Of a stretch of DNA of 64,000 nt, positions 38,417 through 49,347 are shown piece after piece; the stretch's first letter is position 1; each line of letters begins with the position of its first letter. A model generated the notes under the pieces. It did not search any database. It was not told where the DNA came from and worked only from the letters and a program-made list of their open reading frames with translations. A program made the position numbers and the translations under genes. Source of the DNA: Candidatus Freyarchaeum deiterrae (GTDB lineage: Archaea; Asgardarchaeota; Jordiarchaeia; Jordiarchaeales; Jordiarchaeaceae); contig CP147778.1 of the NCBI GenBank assembly GCA_037305845.1, forward strand, positions 1,632,001-1,696,000, written 5' to 3'.

Positions 38417-39457
38417 TTGGAAATGATGAACAAGTATTCTAAAGTTGATTTGGCCAAGTACCCCTTCACAAGGGAAGCACAAGAATATATTGAAAAGCTC
38501 AATTTGGATATCGAGGATCTGGCCTCCTCTGAATATTCTTCTGTTCTAGAAAGAGGTCGGGAGCGCGTAATGGAGGCTCTAGAGAGTGGTTATGTTTCTT
38601 ACAGAGAAGATGCTTATGTAGAACTTCTTTCTTTTCCCCTTGCCCGTCTATTTGTTGAATCATTGGATGATGAATATTTAAGGAGAAGATATGCGGTTGC
38701 AGAGTCTAAACGTGCAGATAAACTTTTGGAAAATGAAGAAAATGACAAATCTATGCAAATTGCGAGAGAAACATTTGAATGGGATATTAAAAAAGAGTCG
38801 CAAAGAGTCGGGGGGCGCTTTTACGAGTATAAACTAAATGTTACTAATTATTTGACCTACGCTCCATATTTTCAGGATAAATACTGGAAACTAGTTAACA
38901 GAGTTTTAGATAAGGGGTATGTGTATCTTCGAAAAATTGATGTTGCTAGATTAATATCCGAAGCGGTAAAATGGCGGCTTATGGAAAAGAAAGGAAAAAC
39001 ACCCGATTTACCACCAATGATGAAAGAAATGATCGATAAAATACGAATTAAATTAGAAAATCAGAAGAAAGACAGAGGAATTGATCAAGGTTTTAGTGAG
39101 GTTTCACGAGAGTGTTTTCCTCCCTGCATCTCAAAAATGTTATCCGAAGTTCTCGCTGGTAAAAACATATCCCACCAACCAAGATTTACTCTCACCTCTT
39201 TTCTCATAAAAGTAGGTCTATCCGTTGATGAAGTTGTACAAATATTTAGCAATGTTCCCGATTTTGATGAAAACCTAACGAGATATCAAGTAGAACACAT
39301 AGCTGGAATTAAGGGAGGTGGAACAAAATACACCCCCCCTTCATGTAATACTTTAAGAACATATAATCTCTGTGAAAAAAATGAATTTTGCAAAAACATA
39401 AATCATCCATTAACTTGTTATCGCAACATTCTCAGAATTCGGCAGAAAGGCGGTTAA
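38417..39457 (+). CDS. priL: DNA primase large subunit PriL
   Basis: AKYPF, WKLVNR, FPPCI, TRYQVEHIAG, YTPPSC, HPL. Confidence 0.94.
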   Translation: MEMMNKYSKVDLAKYPFTREAQEYIEKLNLDIEDLASSEYSSVLERGRERVMEALESGYVSYREDAYVELLSFPLARLFVESLDDEYLRRRYAVAESKRADKLLENEENDKSMQIARETFEWDIKKESQRVGGRFYEYKLNVTNYLTYAPYFQDKYWKLVNRVLDKGYVYLRKIDVARLISEAVKWRLMEKKGKTPDLPPMMKEMIDKIRIKLENQKKDRGIDQGFSEVSRECFPPCISKMLSEVLAGKNISHQPRFTLTSFLIKVGLSVDEVVQIFSNVPDFDENLTRYQVEHIAGIKGGGTKYTPPSCNTLRTYNLCEKNEFCKNINHPLTCYRNILRIRQKGG

Positions 39458-39517
39458 AAAAATCATTTAGTTAAGATTATACCATTTAATAATGATTATC
39501 CTTGTTGAATTGATTTT

Positions 39518-40774
39518 ATGGGAAGACGCAAAATGGATAGTAGTGATTTTTTAATTCGTTTATTCGGAAAATACTATAATGATAATCTCGATAAAATAAA
39601 CCCTCCCTCAAGTCTGTCTAAAAGGGAATTTGGTTTTATGTTTTTTGAACACGGCTCAGTGATTAGGCACTTGGGTTTTGAAAATGATAACCAGCTTAGA
39701 ACATTTCTCATTAGAGAGACCCCCTCCGATGCTTTTTACTCGGCAGCGTACTATCTACAACCAAGTATGCCGAAAATGCCAATGAAAGGTTGGGAAGGAT
39801 GCGATTTAATATTCGATATAGACGCAGACCACATTGAAACAAGTTGCAAAAATACACATGATAAATGGAAGTGCCAAGTCTGTGGGAAGGGAGGAGAAGG
39901 GGTTAAACCAGAAAAGTGTCCTGCATGTGGAGAATCTAAAATCGAAGAAGTGAAATGGCTTTGTGATGTTTGCTTGGAAGCCGCTAAAAGTGAAACCTTT
40001 AAAGTTGTTGAGGATTTTCTGATTCCTGATTTTGGTATAAATCAAAGCGAAATTAGTGTCTGTTTTTCAGGGCATAGAGGATATCACATACACGTGGAAT
40101 CGGATACTGTTAGAGAATTTAGCTCTCAAACAAGGAGGGAAATTATCGATTATATTAAAGGAAATGGAATAAATCCAGAGTTTCACGGACTCCAAGAGGT
40201 TGGGCGCGAAAGGCTGATCATAGGACCCGATACCGAAGGCAAGGGTTGGAGCGGGCGGGTAGCAAGATATGTTGTCAAATTTATTTCCGAATTAGATGAA
40301 AACCAAATTATGAGAGAAGACAAGTCTGTAAGGAAAAAACTGTTAACTCTCTTAAAAGAAAAACAAAAAATGGTAAATTATTTGAGTCAGCATCCCCCAC
40401 TTTGGGATGCACTGAGGAATATCGACATTGATTTTTGGCTTTTTATTGCTGAACGGGCTATAAATATAGCTAAAGGAGAAATTGACGAACCCGTTACCGC
40501 AGACATTCATAGACTTATACGTCTTCCAACCTCTCTAAATGGAAAAACTGGCTTTGAAGTAAAACCCTTAAAAATAAATGAACTAGCCAACTTTGATCCC
40601 TTTAGTGAATCACAAGTTTTTCAAGGCCAATTAATGGTGTACGCTACAGATGTGCCTACATTCAGAATTGGTGAAGAAATATTTGGTCCATATACCGAAG
40701 AAAAAGTTGAACTCCCATTGTCTGCCGCTGTATTTCTTTTGTGCAAGAAGGTTGCCAAAATCGCCCAAACTTAG
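39518..40774 (+). CDS. priS: DNA primase catalytic subunit PriS
   Basis: REFGF, DLIFDIDAD, FSGHRGYH, DEPVTADIHRLIRLP; zinc-ribbon insert. Confidence 0.95.
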   Translation: MGRRKMDSSDFLIRLFGKYYNDNLDKINPPSSLSKREFGFMFFEHGSVIRHLGFENDNQLRTFLIRETPSDAFYSAAYYLQPSMPKMPMKGWEGCDLIFDIDADHIETSCKNTHDKWKCQVCGKGGEGVKPEKCPACGESKIEEVKWLCDVCLEAAKSETFKVVEDFLIPDFGINQSEISVCFSGHRGYHIHVESDTVREFSSQTRREIIDYIKGNGINPEFHGLQEVGRERLIIGPDTEGKGWSGRVARYVVKFISELDENQIMREDKSVRKKLLTLLKEKQKMVNYLSQHPPLWDALRNIDIDFWLFIAERAINIAKGEIDEPVTADIHRLIRLPTSLNGKTGFEVKPLKINELANFDPFSESQVFQGQLMVYATDVPTFRIGEEIFGPYTEEKVELPLSAAVFLLCKKVAKIAQT

Positions 40775-40790
40775 CAGGAGGATTTGAATA

Positions 40791-41321
40791 ATGTATGAAA
40801 AAATTTATAATGCTTGGGAAAAGGAGCAAAAAGGTGAAACTATGCAAAAACTTGAAGACGGCTTTTATAACGAAGCTAAAAAATTTTTAGAAGCTCTCGT
40901 GAGCGACAAAAACGAATCTGAACCACTTCTAAATAAACTTGCTAGAAAAGAGTATAGTAATATTTCCTTCATGCTGAATGATTTAATGAATATCCGTCTT
41001 GCTAAAATTTTGAGAAATATTCGTGATGGAAAAGAACTAAATAAAGAAAAATTGTCTTATGAAGAAAAAATATTATATGAGCGATTAAAAAGTGACTCGT
41101 CACAACTTTTTGGTGAAAAACCTCTCCCTCCAGAGGTTAAAGAAATCGAAGAAAAAAATGAATCATTCCTCCTTATTCGATTTCTAAGACAACTCCCTGC
41201 TATAGTCGGAAGTGATATGAAAGTTTATGGACCTTTTCAAGTTGAGGATATAGCTACCTTACCCAAAGAAAATGCTAAGGCATTAATCTTAAAAAAGGCT
41301 GCAAAGCTTGTCCATTTCTAG
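40791..41321 (+). CDS. GINS subunit (Gins51 type)
   Basis: Helical A domain then B domain LPAIVGSDMKVYGPF..EDIATLP.ENA; follows priS. Confidence 0.88.
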   Translation: MYEKIYNAWEKEQKGETMQKLEDGFYNEAKKFLEALVSDKNESEPLLNKLARKEYSNISFMLNDLMNIRLAKILRNIRDGKELNKEKLSYEEKILYERLKSDSSQLFGEKPLPPEVKEIEEKNESFLLIRFLRQLPAIVGSDMKVYGPFQVEDIATLPKENAKALILKKAAKLVHF

Positions 41322-41534
41322 TACTAATTTTTTAAAAAAATATCAATTTTTTAATTTTATTAAATTTTATGCTTTTTTTTAAAATAACGTAAGTAAGTTT
41401 TTTAAACCTAGCGTTCTTTTTATGTTCAATAGTCGAAAGATATAAAATAAGTCGTGAATATTGCTCAGATTACATAACTAGTCAGAATTCTGGATATCCA
41501 GTTTAAATTTACTTAATTTAAAGGGTGTATACTC

Positions 41535-41810
41535 ATGCGGTATCCTAAAGAAAAACGCACTTACTGTCCAAAATGCAAAACGTATACTGATCACTCCGTT
41601 TCTCTATATAAGAAGGGTAAGGATAGTAAAATGGCACAGGGCGCCCGGCGTTATCGCCGAAAGAAACAAGGTTATGGTAGTCAGCCTAAGCCAATACAGA
41701 AAAGATTTTCTAAAACTACCAAAAAGTTCTCCATCAAATTAAAATGCAAAAATTGTGGTTATATTATTCAAAAGAAAGGGATGCGTCTCAAAAAACTGGA
41801 AATAGAGTAG
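41535..41810 (+). CDS. rpl44e: 50S ribosomal protein L44e
   Basis: TYCPKC, GYGSQPKP, KTTKK, CKNC. Confidence 0.96.
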   Translation: MRYPKEKRTYCPKCKTYTDHSVSLYKKGKDSKMAQGARRYRRKKQGYGSQPKPIQKRFSKTTKKFSIKLKCKNCGYIIQKKGMRLKKLEIE

Positions 41811-41825
41811 GAGAGTGTTCTACAC

Positions 41826-42029
41826 ATGGTTAAAAATAGAGAAGTGTTACCACAACCCGAGAGCAAGTTTATTAACGCTCAATGTCCAGACTGCGGCTCA
41901 GAACAAATTATTTTTGATAGGGCCAGTACCGTAGTCAAATGTAATGTATGCGGTAAAACTCTAGTTAGACCAACTGGAGGAAAAGCGATAATAATGATTA
42001 AAAAAAGCAAGCAGCAGCTCCTAGGTTAG
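41826..42029 (+). CDS. rps27e: 30S ribosomal protein S27e
   Basis: CPDCGSEQIIF, CNVCG, PTGGKA. Confidence 0.96.
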   Translation: MVKNREVLPQPESKFINAQCPDCGSEQIIFDRASTVVKCNVCGKTLVRPTGGKAIIMIKKSKQQLLG

Positions 42030-42034
42030 ATTAG

Positions 42035-42835
42035 GTGGTAAATGTGGTTAAGTCAAGAAGAGAATACCCAGAGAAGGGGGACTTGGTGATTGGAACAGTA
42101 ACGAGAATTGCTAATCACGGAGCCTATGTTCAACTCGATGAATATGACAACAAGGAAGGAATGATTCACATATCCGAAATTGCCCTGAGCTGGGTTCGAA
42201 ATATACGAAACTTTGTTAGAGAAAAACAAAAGGTAGTAGCAAAGGTTCTCAGAATAAATTCCCAAAAAGGTTTTATAGACTTGTCTTTGAGACGCGTTAC
42301 AGAACAGCAAAAGCGTCAAAAAATACAGGAATGGAAAAGAATTCAAAAGTCAGAAAAACTTCTTGAAATGGCAGCCACTAAAATAGGAAGAACCTTGGAT
42401 GAAGCGTACGAGGAAGTAGGTAAGAAGTTAGAGGAAGCTTATGGGAGCATATACAACGGATTTGAATTAATATCTGAAAAAGGATCAAAACCTCTAGAAG
42501 ATTTAGGGATTAAAAAGGATTGGATTGAAATAATTACTGAAATAGCAAAAACCCATGTAGAACCTCCCAAAGTTAACATCGCTAGAACAGTAGAAATGAC
42601 TTGCTGGAAGCGTTCCGGTATAGACGCCATAAAAAAGGCCTTGAGAGAAGCAATTGATGTTGTTCACGACGGTGAAACACTTGTAAATATCTATACTCTT
42701 GGTTCTCCAAAGTATCGTATAGAAATAACTGCCGATGATTACAAACAAGCCGAAACAACCCTAGAAAAAATTATTAACACTGCTCAAGCGAGTATTGAGA
42801 GTGAGGGCGGGGTACTCACACTCCCAAAAAGCTAA
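42035..42835 (+). CDS. eif2a: Translation initiation factor 2 alpha
   Basis: S1 domain GAYVQLDEY..EGMIHISE, KGFIDLSLRRV, GSPKYRI. Confidence 0.95.
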   Translation: MVNVVKSRREYPEKGDLVIGTVTRIANHGAYVQLDEYDNKEGMIHISEIALSWVRNIRNFVREKQKVVAKVLRINSQKGFIDLSLRRVTEQQKRQKIQEWKRIQKSEKLLEMAATKIGRTLDEAYEEVGKKLEEAYGSIYNGFELISEKGSKPLEDLGIKKDWIEIITEIAKTHVEPPKVNIARTVEMTCWKRSGIDAIKKALREAIDVVHDGETLVNIYTLGSPKYRIEITADDYKQAETTLEKIINTAQASIESEGGVLTLPKS

Positions 42836-43033
42836 TCATGCTACCCCTTTATTGGTAGAGTTGTTCGCTTCTTTGTAAACCTCTTTTTTTAGCTGACGTC
42901 TCCACTTACCAACTCGATCCTCAATTGAGAATCTTGCAGGATGAGGAACTCTGACCTTACCCCCGCAGTAGGGGCAAATCTCTTTAAACGTGTACTCTCC
43001 GCAATCTACACACTTTCGAAGCAAATACCTCAT
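42836..43033 (-). CDS. nop10: H/ACA RNP protein Nop10
   Basis: RKCVDCGEYTFKEICPYCGG, PHPARFSIED. Confidence 0.92.
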   Translation of the reverse strand: MRYLLRKCVDCGEYTFKEICPYCGGKVRVPHPARFSIEDRVGKWRRQLKKEVYKEANNSTNKGVA

Positions 43034-43194
43034 TTTTAAAACCCCAGTTAATGAAGAATTTAAAATATTTTAAAATTTCGCAAGTACTCTTATTCGATTA
43101 AATCAAAAAACATTTTTTTAAAAAATAAAAAATTAAAATATAATATATCAGACCTACAGTATTCAATGAAAGCAATTTTGGATTACTAAACTCA

Positions 43195-45816
43195 CTAGGT
43201 TACAGTAACAGTTTCTTGTTCAAAAAACCCTGGAATGCTAGTAGCTACTTTTATAATCAGCGTATCGCCTGCGATGACACTTTGTGGCACTGTAAAGCTG
43301 ATTGTTGTCATCTCTGCTGGTGCTAAACTTAATGGAAGTGTTGTATTTAGACTTGTAATAAGCGTATTGTTTGAAAGTATTTGGGTAATATTGTATGTGG
43401 TGGTTCCCGTATTGTTCAGAGTTACACTGCCTGTTTTATTAGCAAATACCGCTGCGTTTGTAATGTTTAATCCAGAGTCTAGAACCGAGTAATCTATCTG
43501 ATAGATTTTTATCATTCCTGCGCTTGATGTAAACACTGGTTTGAAATAGTTCAAGTTTTCAAAACCTGCTGACCAACTTGGTATGTATTGGTAAACACTC
43601 GAACTTTCGTTTCCACCGATAACTAAGGGATAACTGCTACTTTGCATATAGTTAATCAGATTGCCGCTCAATGAGTTGTACTGAGAGGTGGGGGTAGCTG
43701 GATCCGGGGAATGATAGTAGAGTAATTTGTAAATTGTGGTGTTGAAGAAAGCTGGTAGAATTGGTGATGTTCCGGGCAGTACGTATGGATTATAGAACTC
43801 ATACTCGTATGGCGTATTAGCAATGAAACTATTTATGTAATCTTGAGTCGCTCCACTTTCATAGAGGTTTTCTACCATGTATGGCAGCTCCTGCTGGGAA
43901 ATCCTCACCATCACTATCCATTTGCTATCGTCACCACCTATACCTGGGTCGTAATTAGGTAAGACGCTGTACCCGAAAAATACCATTACATAAGTAGCGT
44001 TGAATCTCCGGAAATCCTGTAAAGAATATGTTTCATTAGTTTCCATAAAAGCGCGTCCAATCCAGCCTATTTGTGTAAAGTTACGAGTGTTTCCATCCGC
44101 TAAAGTTATTTTTCCTCCATAGACAGTAATTGAATAACCGTAATCCCACCACGCCGCTACCACAGCATTCGCTGGGAGTTGATTTCTCATAAAAGAGAAC
44201 GCTTGATTCCAATCCAAGTACCCATTACCGTAAGGATCCCTAATTATCCTTGAAGGCGGAGAAGAGTATATCTGAGCCTGTACTCCCATAAAAAAGGCGG
44301 CTACTAGAAGTATTCCTACCAATGCAAAAACTACCAAAGCGGAATCACGTCCTAGAGGGACGCTGATTCTCATACGTCTTCTTCTAGCTATGGTGGTTGC
44401 TCTTTTAGTAATGACTTGAGCTAACGGTCTAAATATTGTTGATAAGGCGTAAGCGCTTAGTATAGCTGCAACTGGGGCTAATATGATTATAATACGAATA
44501 AATGATCCTGTAAAATAGGTTGCAGTGACCCCGTACACTATTAATAGTAAGTCTTCTTCATATCGTCTTTTAAATGCGAAGTACAACCCTACTGGAAAAA
44601 GAACTACTAGAATGTTGAGGTCGTAAAAGAATATTCCCCAGGGAGTTGGCACCTGTTCTCCAACACTTGCGATAATATATTGCTGTTGTGCGTAAGGGGG
44701 ATAAACTATTGCAATAAACTTTCCAGCAAGCCCGCCAATATTACTAAAAAGGTTTAAATGAGTTGTTGCAATTGCAACTATCAAAATTGCGGTTACACCG
44801 CCAACTAGTAATAGAAACCTTTGTCTATTTTCAAAAAACCATTCAATTCTTTCTTGAGCTTTTCCCTTTAAGGGGATGTACCTTTTGACAGTTTCTAGAA
44901 TCATCGTTCTCTGTGTATTCAGACGAAGGAAAAGCTCGTAGAATAAGAGAATTATCAGGACAATTAGAGGGGGTAGAATCATCCCTGATAATAATGCGTG
45001 CGCCCCTCCATCGACTTGAAGTCGTGTATCAATAAAGATTGCTAAAGTTATTGTAATACTATAAGTCATAAAAAGACGAGATGTGTACTTTTTTAATAGT
45101 ATTAGGAGGATAGCTGTCAGAGGGAATATGTACATTAGATATACGCTGGATCCCCAGGTTGCTTCTAGTCCTCCTAAGCAAAGGCCTGCAAGAATGGCGG
45201 ATATTATTGAACCTCTTTTTAGGGATCGTATGAAGAAGTACAGGATGAGTACTATGAATAGCATTCCTAATCCTTCATTGCGGAAGAATCCAACTGTAGT
45301 ACGTTCAATGAAAGCTGGTGTAAATGCGAGCAAAAAGGCGGCGATTAGTCCCGTTTTTTTGTCTAGGATTTCTTTTCCTAGGAAATAGGTGGCTATACAT
45401 GTGAAGGCGCCCATGAATGCTGGAAAGAAGTAACATACCGTGTAAACGTCTACGCTGAAACCTAAAGCATGTAATAGGAAGTATATGAAAGCTGCAGCGA
45501 ATGGTGTTCCCGGTTGGAATGATGCGGATATGTCTCGACCGAGGGGGTACCATGAATTATGGTCGTACCAAGCGAACCATGAGTTAAAACCAAATGTTGT
45601 TGTATATAAGGTCATTTCATAGTGAAACTCAGGATCATAGGATTGTAGGAATTCTGTGTAGATGTAGAAGGGCATGCATCTTATGCTAAGTGCTATTACA
45701 AAAATGGAAACGAGTGAGAGTGCTATTAATATCCCTTGTCTGCTTACTTGGACTTTGGGTATAGGGATTAACTTTTTCGCTTCGTATATAAAATCCTGCA
45801 GTTTAGACACTCTCAA
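43195..45816 (-). CDS. aglB: Oligosaccharyltransferase AglB/STT3
   Basis: YDPEFH, WYPLGR, multiple TM helices, SVGEQ, WWDYG, DGNT. Confidence 0.93.
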   Translation of the reverse strand: MRVSKLQDFIYEAKKLIPIPKVQVSRQGILIALSLVSIFVIALSIRCMPFYIYTEFLQSYDPEFHYEMTLYTTTFGFNSWFAWYDHNSWYPLGRDISASFQPGTPFAAAFIYFLLHALGFSVDVYTVCYFFPAFMGAFTCIATYFLGKEILDKKTGLIAAFLLAFTPAFIERTTVGFFRNEGLGMLFIVLILYFFIRSLKRGSIISAILAGLCLGGLEATWGSSVYLMYIFPLTAILLILLKKYTSRLFMTYSITITLAIFIDTRLQVDGGAHALLSGMILPPLIVLIILLFYELFLRLNTQRTMILETVKRYIPLKGKAQERIEWFFENRQRFLLLVGGVTAILIVAIATTHLNLFSNIGGLAGKFIAIVYPPYAQQQYIIASVGEQVPTPWGIFFYDLNILVVLFPVGLYFAFKRRYEEDLLLIVYGVTATYFTGSFIRIIIILAPVAAILSAYALSTIFRPLAQVITKRATTIARRRRMRISVPLGRDSALVVFALVGILLVAAFFMGVQAQIYSSPPSRIIRDPYGNGYLDWNQAFSFMRNQLPANAVVAAWWDYGYSITVYGGKITLADGNTRNFTQIGWIGRAFMETNETYSLQDFRRFNATYVMVFFGYSVLPNYDPGIGGDDSKWIVMVRISQQELPYMVENLYESGATQDYINSFIANTPYEYEFYNPYVLPGTSPILPAFFNTTIYKLLYYHSPDPATPTSQYNSLSGNLINYMQSSSYPLVIGGNESSSVYQYIPSWSAGFENLNYFKPVFTSSAGMIKIYQIDYSVLDSGLNITNAAVFANKTGSVTLNNTGTTTYNITQILSNNTLITSLNTTLPLSLAPAEMTTISFTVPQSVIAGDTLIIKVATSIPGFFEQETVTVT

Positions 45817-45937
45817 CCGCCACGGAATTCACATATTGGTTTTTATTTTATTCCGCTTTAATTATTTTTAAGACTATCTATTATGAAGAATTCAATTTAG
45901 AAGGATTTATCTTAATTAACTCTTTTAGGTTTTAATA

Positions 45938-47080
45938 CTATTGAATTTTCTTTATTGTTATTTGATGATATCCCGTAATTACTCGAATATACCCTTTTAA
46001 TTTCTCATCGAGTTCAAGAGAATTGGTGTCAACTCTTAGGATTGGTATCGTCGAGAGCTTGTAGGGAGTGGCTATGACAATAATATTATCAGTACCTACT
46101 TTTTTAATCACTTCGGCGCTTATTTGTTGATTTCCCCTTCCAAAAACGAACCCTTGGCGTCCTATGGGTGTTACGATTATTTTGGATTTTTTATTTTCTA
46201 TGGTTTTGAGAATTCCCTGTTCATTAGCGTCTTTGACAATAACTCTCCCCTCTTGGAGTAGGTCAACCCCTAATAAAGTCTTGTTTACCCCCATTAAATC
46301 AGTTACAGCTTTACAAGTGGTTCCAGGTCCAAGTATATAAACTGTATTTCGTTCGAGGCTTTCGACAATGTTACGAGCTATCGCCTTTTGCTCTTCTATC
46401 TCATCTGTTGTGTTCGGGCTCACCCCTTTAGAGCCTTGAAGATATTGAGGTTCATAAGGCGTTACTGCATAACCTTTCAATTCTACATGTAATTCATTTT
46501 TTCTAAATGACTCCTCATCAACATCCAAAACTTCGGCTTCTCTAACTGGTAATTCATCCCACAAAAAACGTAAAGTAATGAGACCAGCGGTTTTTGGATT
46601 CGTAGCAAAGGTGGCTGACCATATCTTTACACCCGATGGAATTCCTAAAATTGGAATCTTTTGATCTATAGCGTTGAGTATATCAACCGTCGTACCGTCG
46701 CCTCCTGCGTAAAGAATCATTGCTGCCCCCATCTCCAACATTATTTTTGCAGCTTTCTCAGTATCTTTTGAACTAGTTTTCGAAGACAAAATTTCACCAA
46801 CTACCTCTGGTTTAAAGCCGGTCTCTCTGGCCACATCCTCGCCCATAATACTTGGAAAAGTCAAGAGTCTCAAAACATTCTTTACTGGTTTAAGAATATT
46901 AAGAGCCTCTTTCGATCTTTCTGGTGAAACAGGTTTGGCTCCTAGTTCAATAGCCCTTTGAACTAATTTAGGATCATCTGAACCCTTAAAAGCGTATTTA
47001 CCAGCAATTCCCGCAATCGGATTTACAATCAGGCCTAGTGTTTTGTTTCTTATACTTGAGTAGTGTTGTTTTTTATTCAA
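45938..47080 (-). CDS. ATP-NAD kinase family protein
   Basis: VNPIAG, AGGDGT, GIPSGVK, GFVFGRGNQQ. Confidence 0.88.
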   Translation of the reverse strand: MNKKQHYSSIRNKTLGLIVNPIAGIAGKYAFKGSDDPKLVQRAIELGAKPVSPERSKEALNILKPVKNVLRLLTFPSIMGEDVARETGFKPEVVGEILSSKTSSKDTEKAAKIMLEMGAAMILYAGGDGTTVDILNAIDQKIPILGIPSGVKIWSATFATNPKTAGLITLRFLWDELPVREAEVLDVDEESFRKNELHVELKGYAVTPYEPQYLQGSKGVSPNTTDEIEEQKAIARNIVESLERNTVYILGPGTTCKAVTDLMGVNKTLLGVDLLQEGRVIVKDANEQGILKTIENKKSKIIVTPIGRQGFVFGRGNQQISAEVIKKVGTDNIIVIATPYKLSTIPILRVDTNSLELDEKLKGYIRVITGYHQITIKKIQ

Positions 47081-47101
47081 TTTTTATTTCCCGCCACTAA
47101 T

Positions 47102-47257
47102 CTACATTTTTTTGAAAAGTATGGCGCCAGGCTTTGTTTTAAGAGTTAAAACTTCCTTATCCTCTCCTTTATATATTTTAGCGAAATTTAAATTCGACGC
47201 TGGCTCACTGTGTGGCCTTACATAAATTTTTGTTGTACAGCTTACAGCCATTAACAT
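47102..47257 (-). CDS. Small hypothetical ORF (51 aa)
   Basis: AGGAG 8 nt before ATG; MLMAVSCTTKIYVRPH...ILFKKM*; ends just upstream of NAD kinase gene. Confidence 0.4.
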   Translation of the reverse strand: MLMAVSCTTKIYVRPHSEPASNLNFAKIYKGEDKEVLTLKTKPGAILFKKM

Positions 47258-47498
47258 TTTTTAACTCCTTTTCGGTAGGGCAATGCACTACGAAGAGATA
47301 GTCTATACTAGAGACAAAAATAGGTTGAGAATCAAGTATTCAACTATTTTAAGAGTTCAACTTTTGAATACGTGATTCCTGTATAAAGGTTCTAAAAAAA
47401 GGTTATTTGGTTTTACAGCTAATAATCGCTATTTTTCTAGTCTTGCCCTTTATTCTGAATTTAAATATAAAAATAACAGAAAATAACGAAATAATGGA

Positions 47499-48800
47499 TT
47501 AAGTTTCTTTAGGGACTATTTCTTTGACTACACCAACCGCCACTGTAGTTCCTGAATCTCTCACAGCGAATCTACCTAGTTGGGGTATCTCCTTGTATAG
47601 TTCTATGCACATTGGTTTCGTTGGTTCTAATTGTACTAATGCTGCGTCACCTCGTTTAATGTAATCTGGATTATCTTCCATTACCTGACCTGTGCGTCTG
47701 TCAATTTTTGCTATTAGTTTTGTGAATCTGCAAGCAACTTGTGCAGTATGGGCATGAACTACTGGGCAGTACCCTACTGAAATTGCTGAAGGAAACTGAA
47801 TGACTACCATTTGCCCTGTAAACTCTTTTGCTACTGTTGGGGGGCTATTTTTGGATCCTGCTACGTCCCCTCTTCTGAGGTCTTTTTTGGCTACTCCTCT
47901 TACGTTAAATCCTATGTTATCTCCTGGAAGGGCTTCTTGTATGGTTTCATGGTGCATTTCAATAGATTTTACTTCTCCTTCCACGTTCGATGGCTGGAAA
48001 ACTACCGTGTCCCCTGCTTTTAAAACACCGGTTTCAACTCTTCCGACTGGAACTGTACCAACACCGGTAATTGTGTAGACGTCTTGTATGGGGATTCTGA
48101 GCGGTTTATCTACGGGTTTGGGCGGAATAACTAGTTTGTCCAGAGCTTCAATTAGATTGGGCCCTTTGTACCATTTCATTTTATCGCTGGCCTTAACAAT
48201 GTTGTCGCCAAGCCATGCTGAAATTGGGACAAAATCTATGTTTTCTACTTTGAAACCTACGCTCTTAAGTAATTCACTAACTTCCTTCACGATTTCGTTG
48301 TATCTGTCTTGGCTCCAATTAACTGAGGTATCATCCATTTTGTTAATGGCAACGATGATCTGGTTTACTCCTAGGGTAAACGACAAGTATGCGTGTTCCC
48401 TAGTCTGTCCTCCGAGACCGATACCTGCCTCGAATTCTCCTTTTCTTGCTGAAACAACAAGAATTGATGCGTCAGCTTGACTTGTGCCTGTAATCATGTT
48501 CTTTATAAAGTCGCGATGTCCTGGGGCGTCAATAATTGTGAAATAGTATTTGGGGGTTTCAAATTTCCAGAAGGATATATCTATAGTTAAACCTCTTTCT
48601 CTTTCTTCCTTGAGTTTATCTAAGACCCATGCGAATTTGAAGCTGCCTTTACCGATCTTCTCTGCTTCTTGTTCGTATTGCTTTATTGTTCTTTCATCGA
48701 TTGCTCCCATTAGATATAGTAAATGTCCTACCATTGTGCTCTTTCCGTGGTCTACGTGTCCGTTGATGACGAGATTCATATGTGGTTTTTTTTCTGACAT
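47499..48800 (-). CDS. tuf: Elongation factor 1-alpha
   Basis: [30 protein letters not shown]. Confidence 0.98.
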   Translation of the reverse strand: MSEKKPHMNLVINGHVDHGKSTMVGHLLYLMGAIDERTIKQYEQEAEKIGKGSFKFAWVLDKLKEERERGLTIDISFWKFETPKYYFTIIDAPGHRDFIKNMITGTSQADASILVVSARKGEFEAGIGLGGQTREHAYLSFTLGVNQIIVAINKMDDTSVNWSQDRYNEIVKEVSELLKSVGFKVENIDFVPISAWLGDNIVKASDKMKWYKGPNLIEALDKLVIPPKPVDKPLRIPIQDVYTITGVGTVPVGRVETGVLKAGDTVVFQPSNVEGEVKSIEMHHETIQEALPGDNIGFNVRGVAKKDLRRGDVAGSKNSPPTVAKEFTGQMVVIQFPSAISVGYCPVVHAHTAQVACRFTKLIAKIDRRTGQVMEDNPDYIKRGDAALVQLEPTKPMCIELYKEIPQLGRFAVRDSGTTVAVGVVKEIVPKET

Positions 48801-48975
48801 TTTTCTTCCACTTCCTCTATTTTTTCACTTTTCTTGTTCTGTTTATCCTTATTCTACTGTATTTAAATTTTTTTTGGGAATTTATACTTTAAAAACAGAA
48901 GATTTTAAGTTTTCCGTATTTTTATCTTCAAAGCGTTTTCTTTACTCCTTTATTTCGAAGATTTTCCACTTAATA

Positions 48976-49347
48976 TTATCCGTATATGTTAGATTTATTT
49001 GGGGGATTTGAATGAATTATTGTATTCCTTTTATAGTATTCTCTTTCCATTTTGGTGCTTTCCCAAATCTCGAATAAATTTTTAATAGCCTGCGCCTTTA
49101 TATTTTCTGCTTTGAATCTAAAAATCCTTATTCTTCCAAATATCTTTTCTTGAACTAGTCCTACCTTTTTCAGAAAATTCAGGTGTTGATTAGTTGTAGA
49201 ATAGTTAAGGTTTGCACGTTTCGCTATTTCCGAGATGTTTAGTTCTCCCTCTTGGGCAAGGATTTTCACTATTTTTATACGTCCTTTCGAAGAAAAGATT
49301 TTTTCTAGAGAATTTTCTTCAATCGCTTCAGCTCTTTCGATCATCAA
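48976..49347 (-). CDS. ArsR-like winged-helix protein
   Basis: FSSKGRIKI, ELNISEIAKR..LNY, FGRIRIF; overlaps cdc6 stop. Confidence 0.85.
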   Translation of the reverse strand: MMIERAEAIEENSLEKIFSSKGRIKIVKILAQEGELNISEIAKRANLNYSTTNQHLNFLKKVGLVQEKIFGRIRIFRFKAENIKAQAIKNLFEIWESTKMEREYYKRNTIIHSNPPNKSNIYG

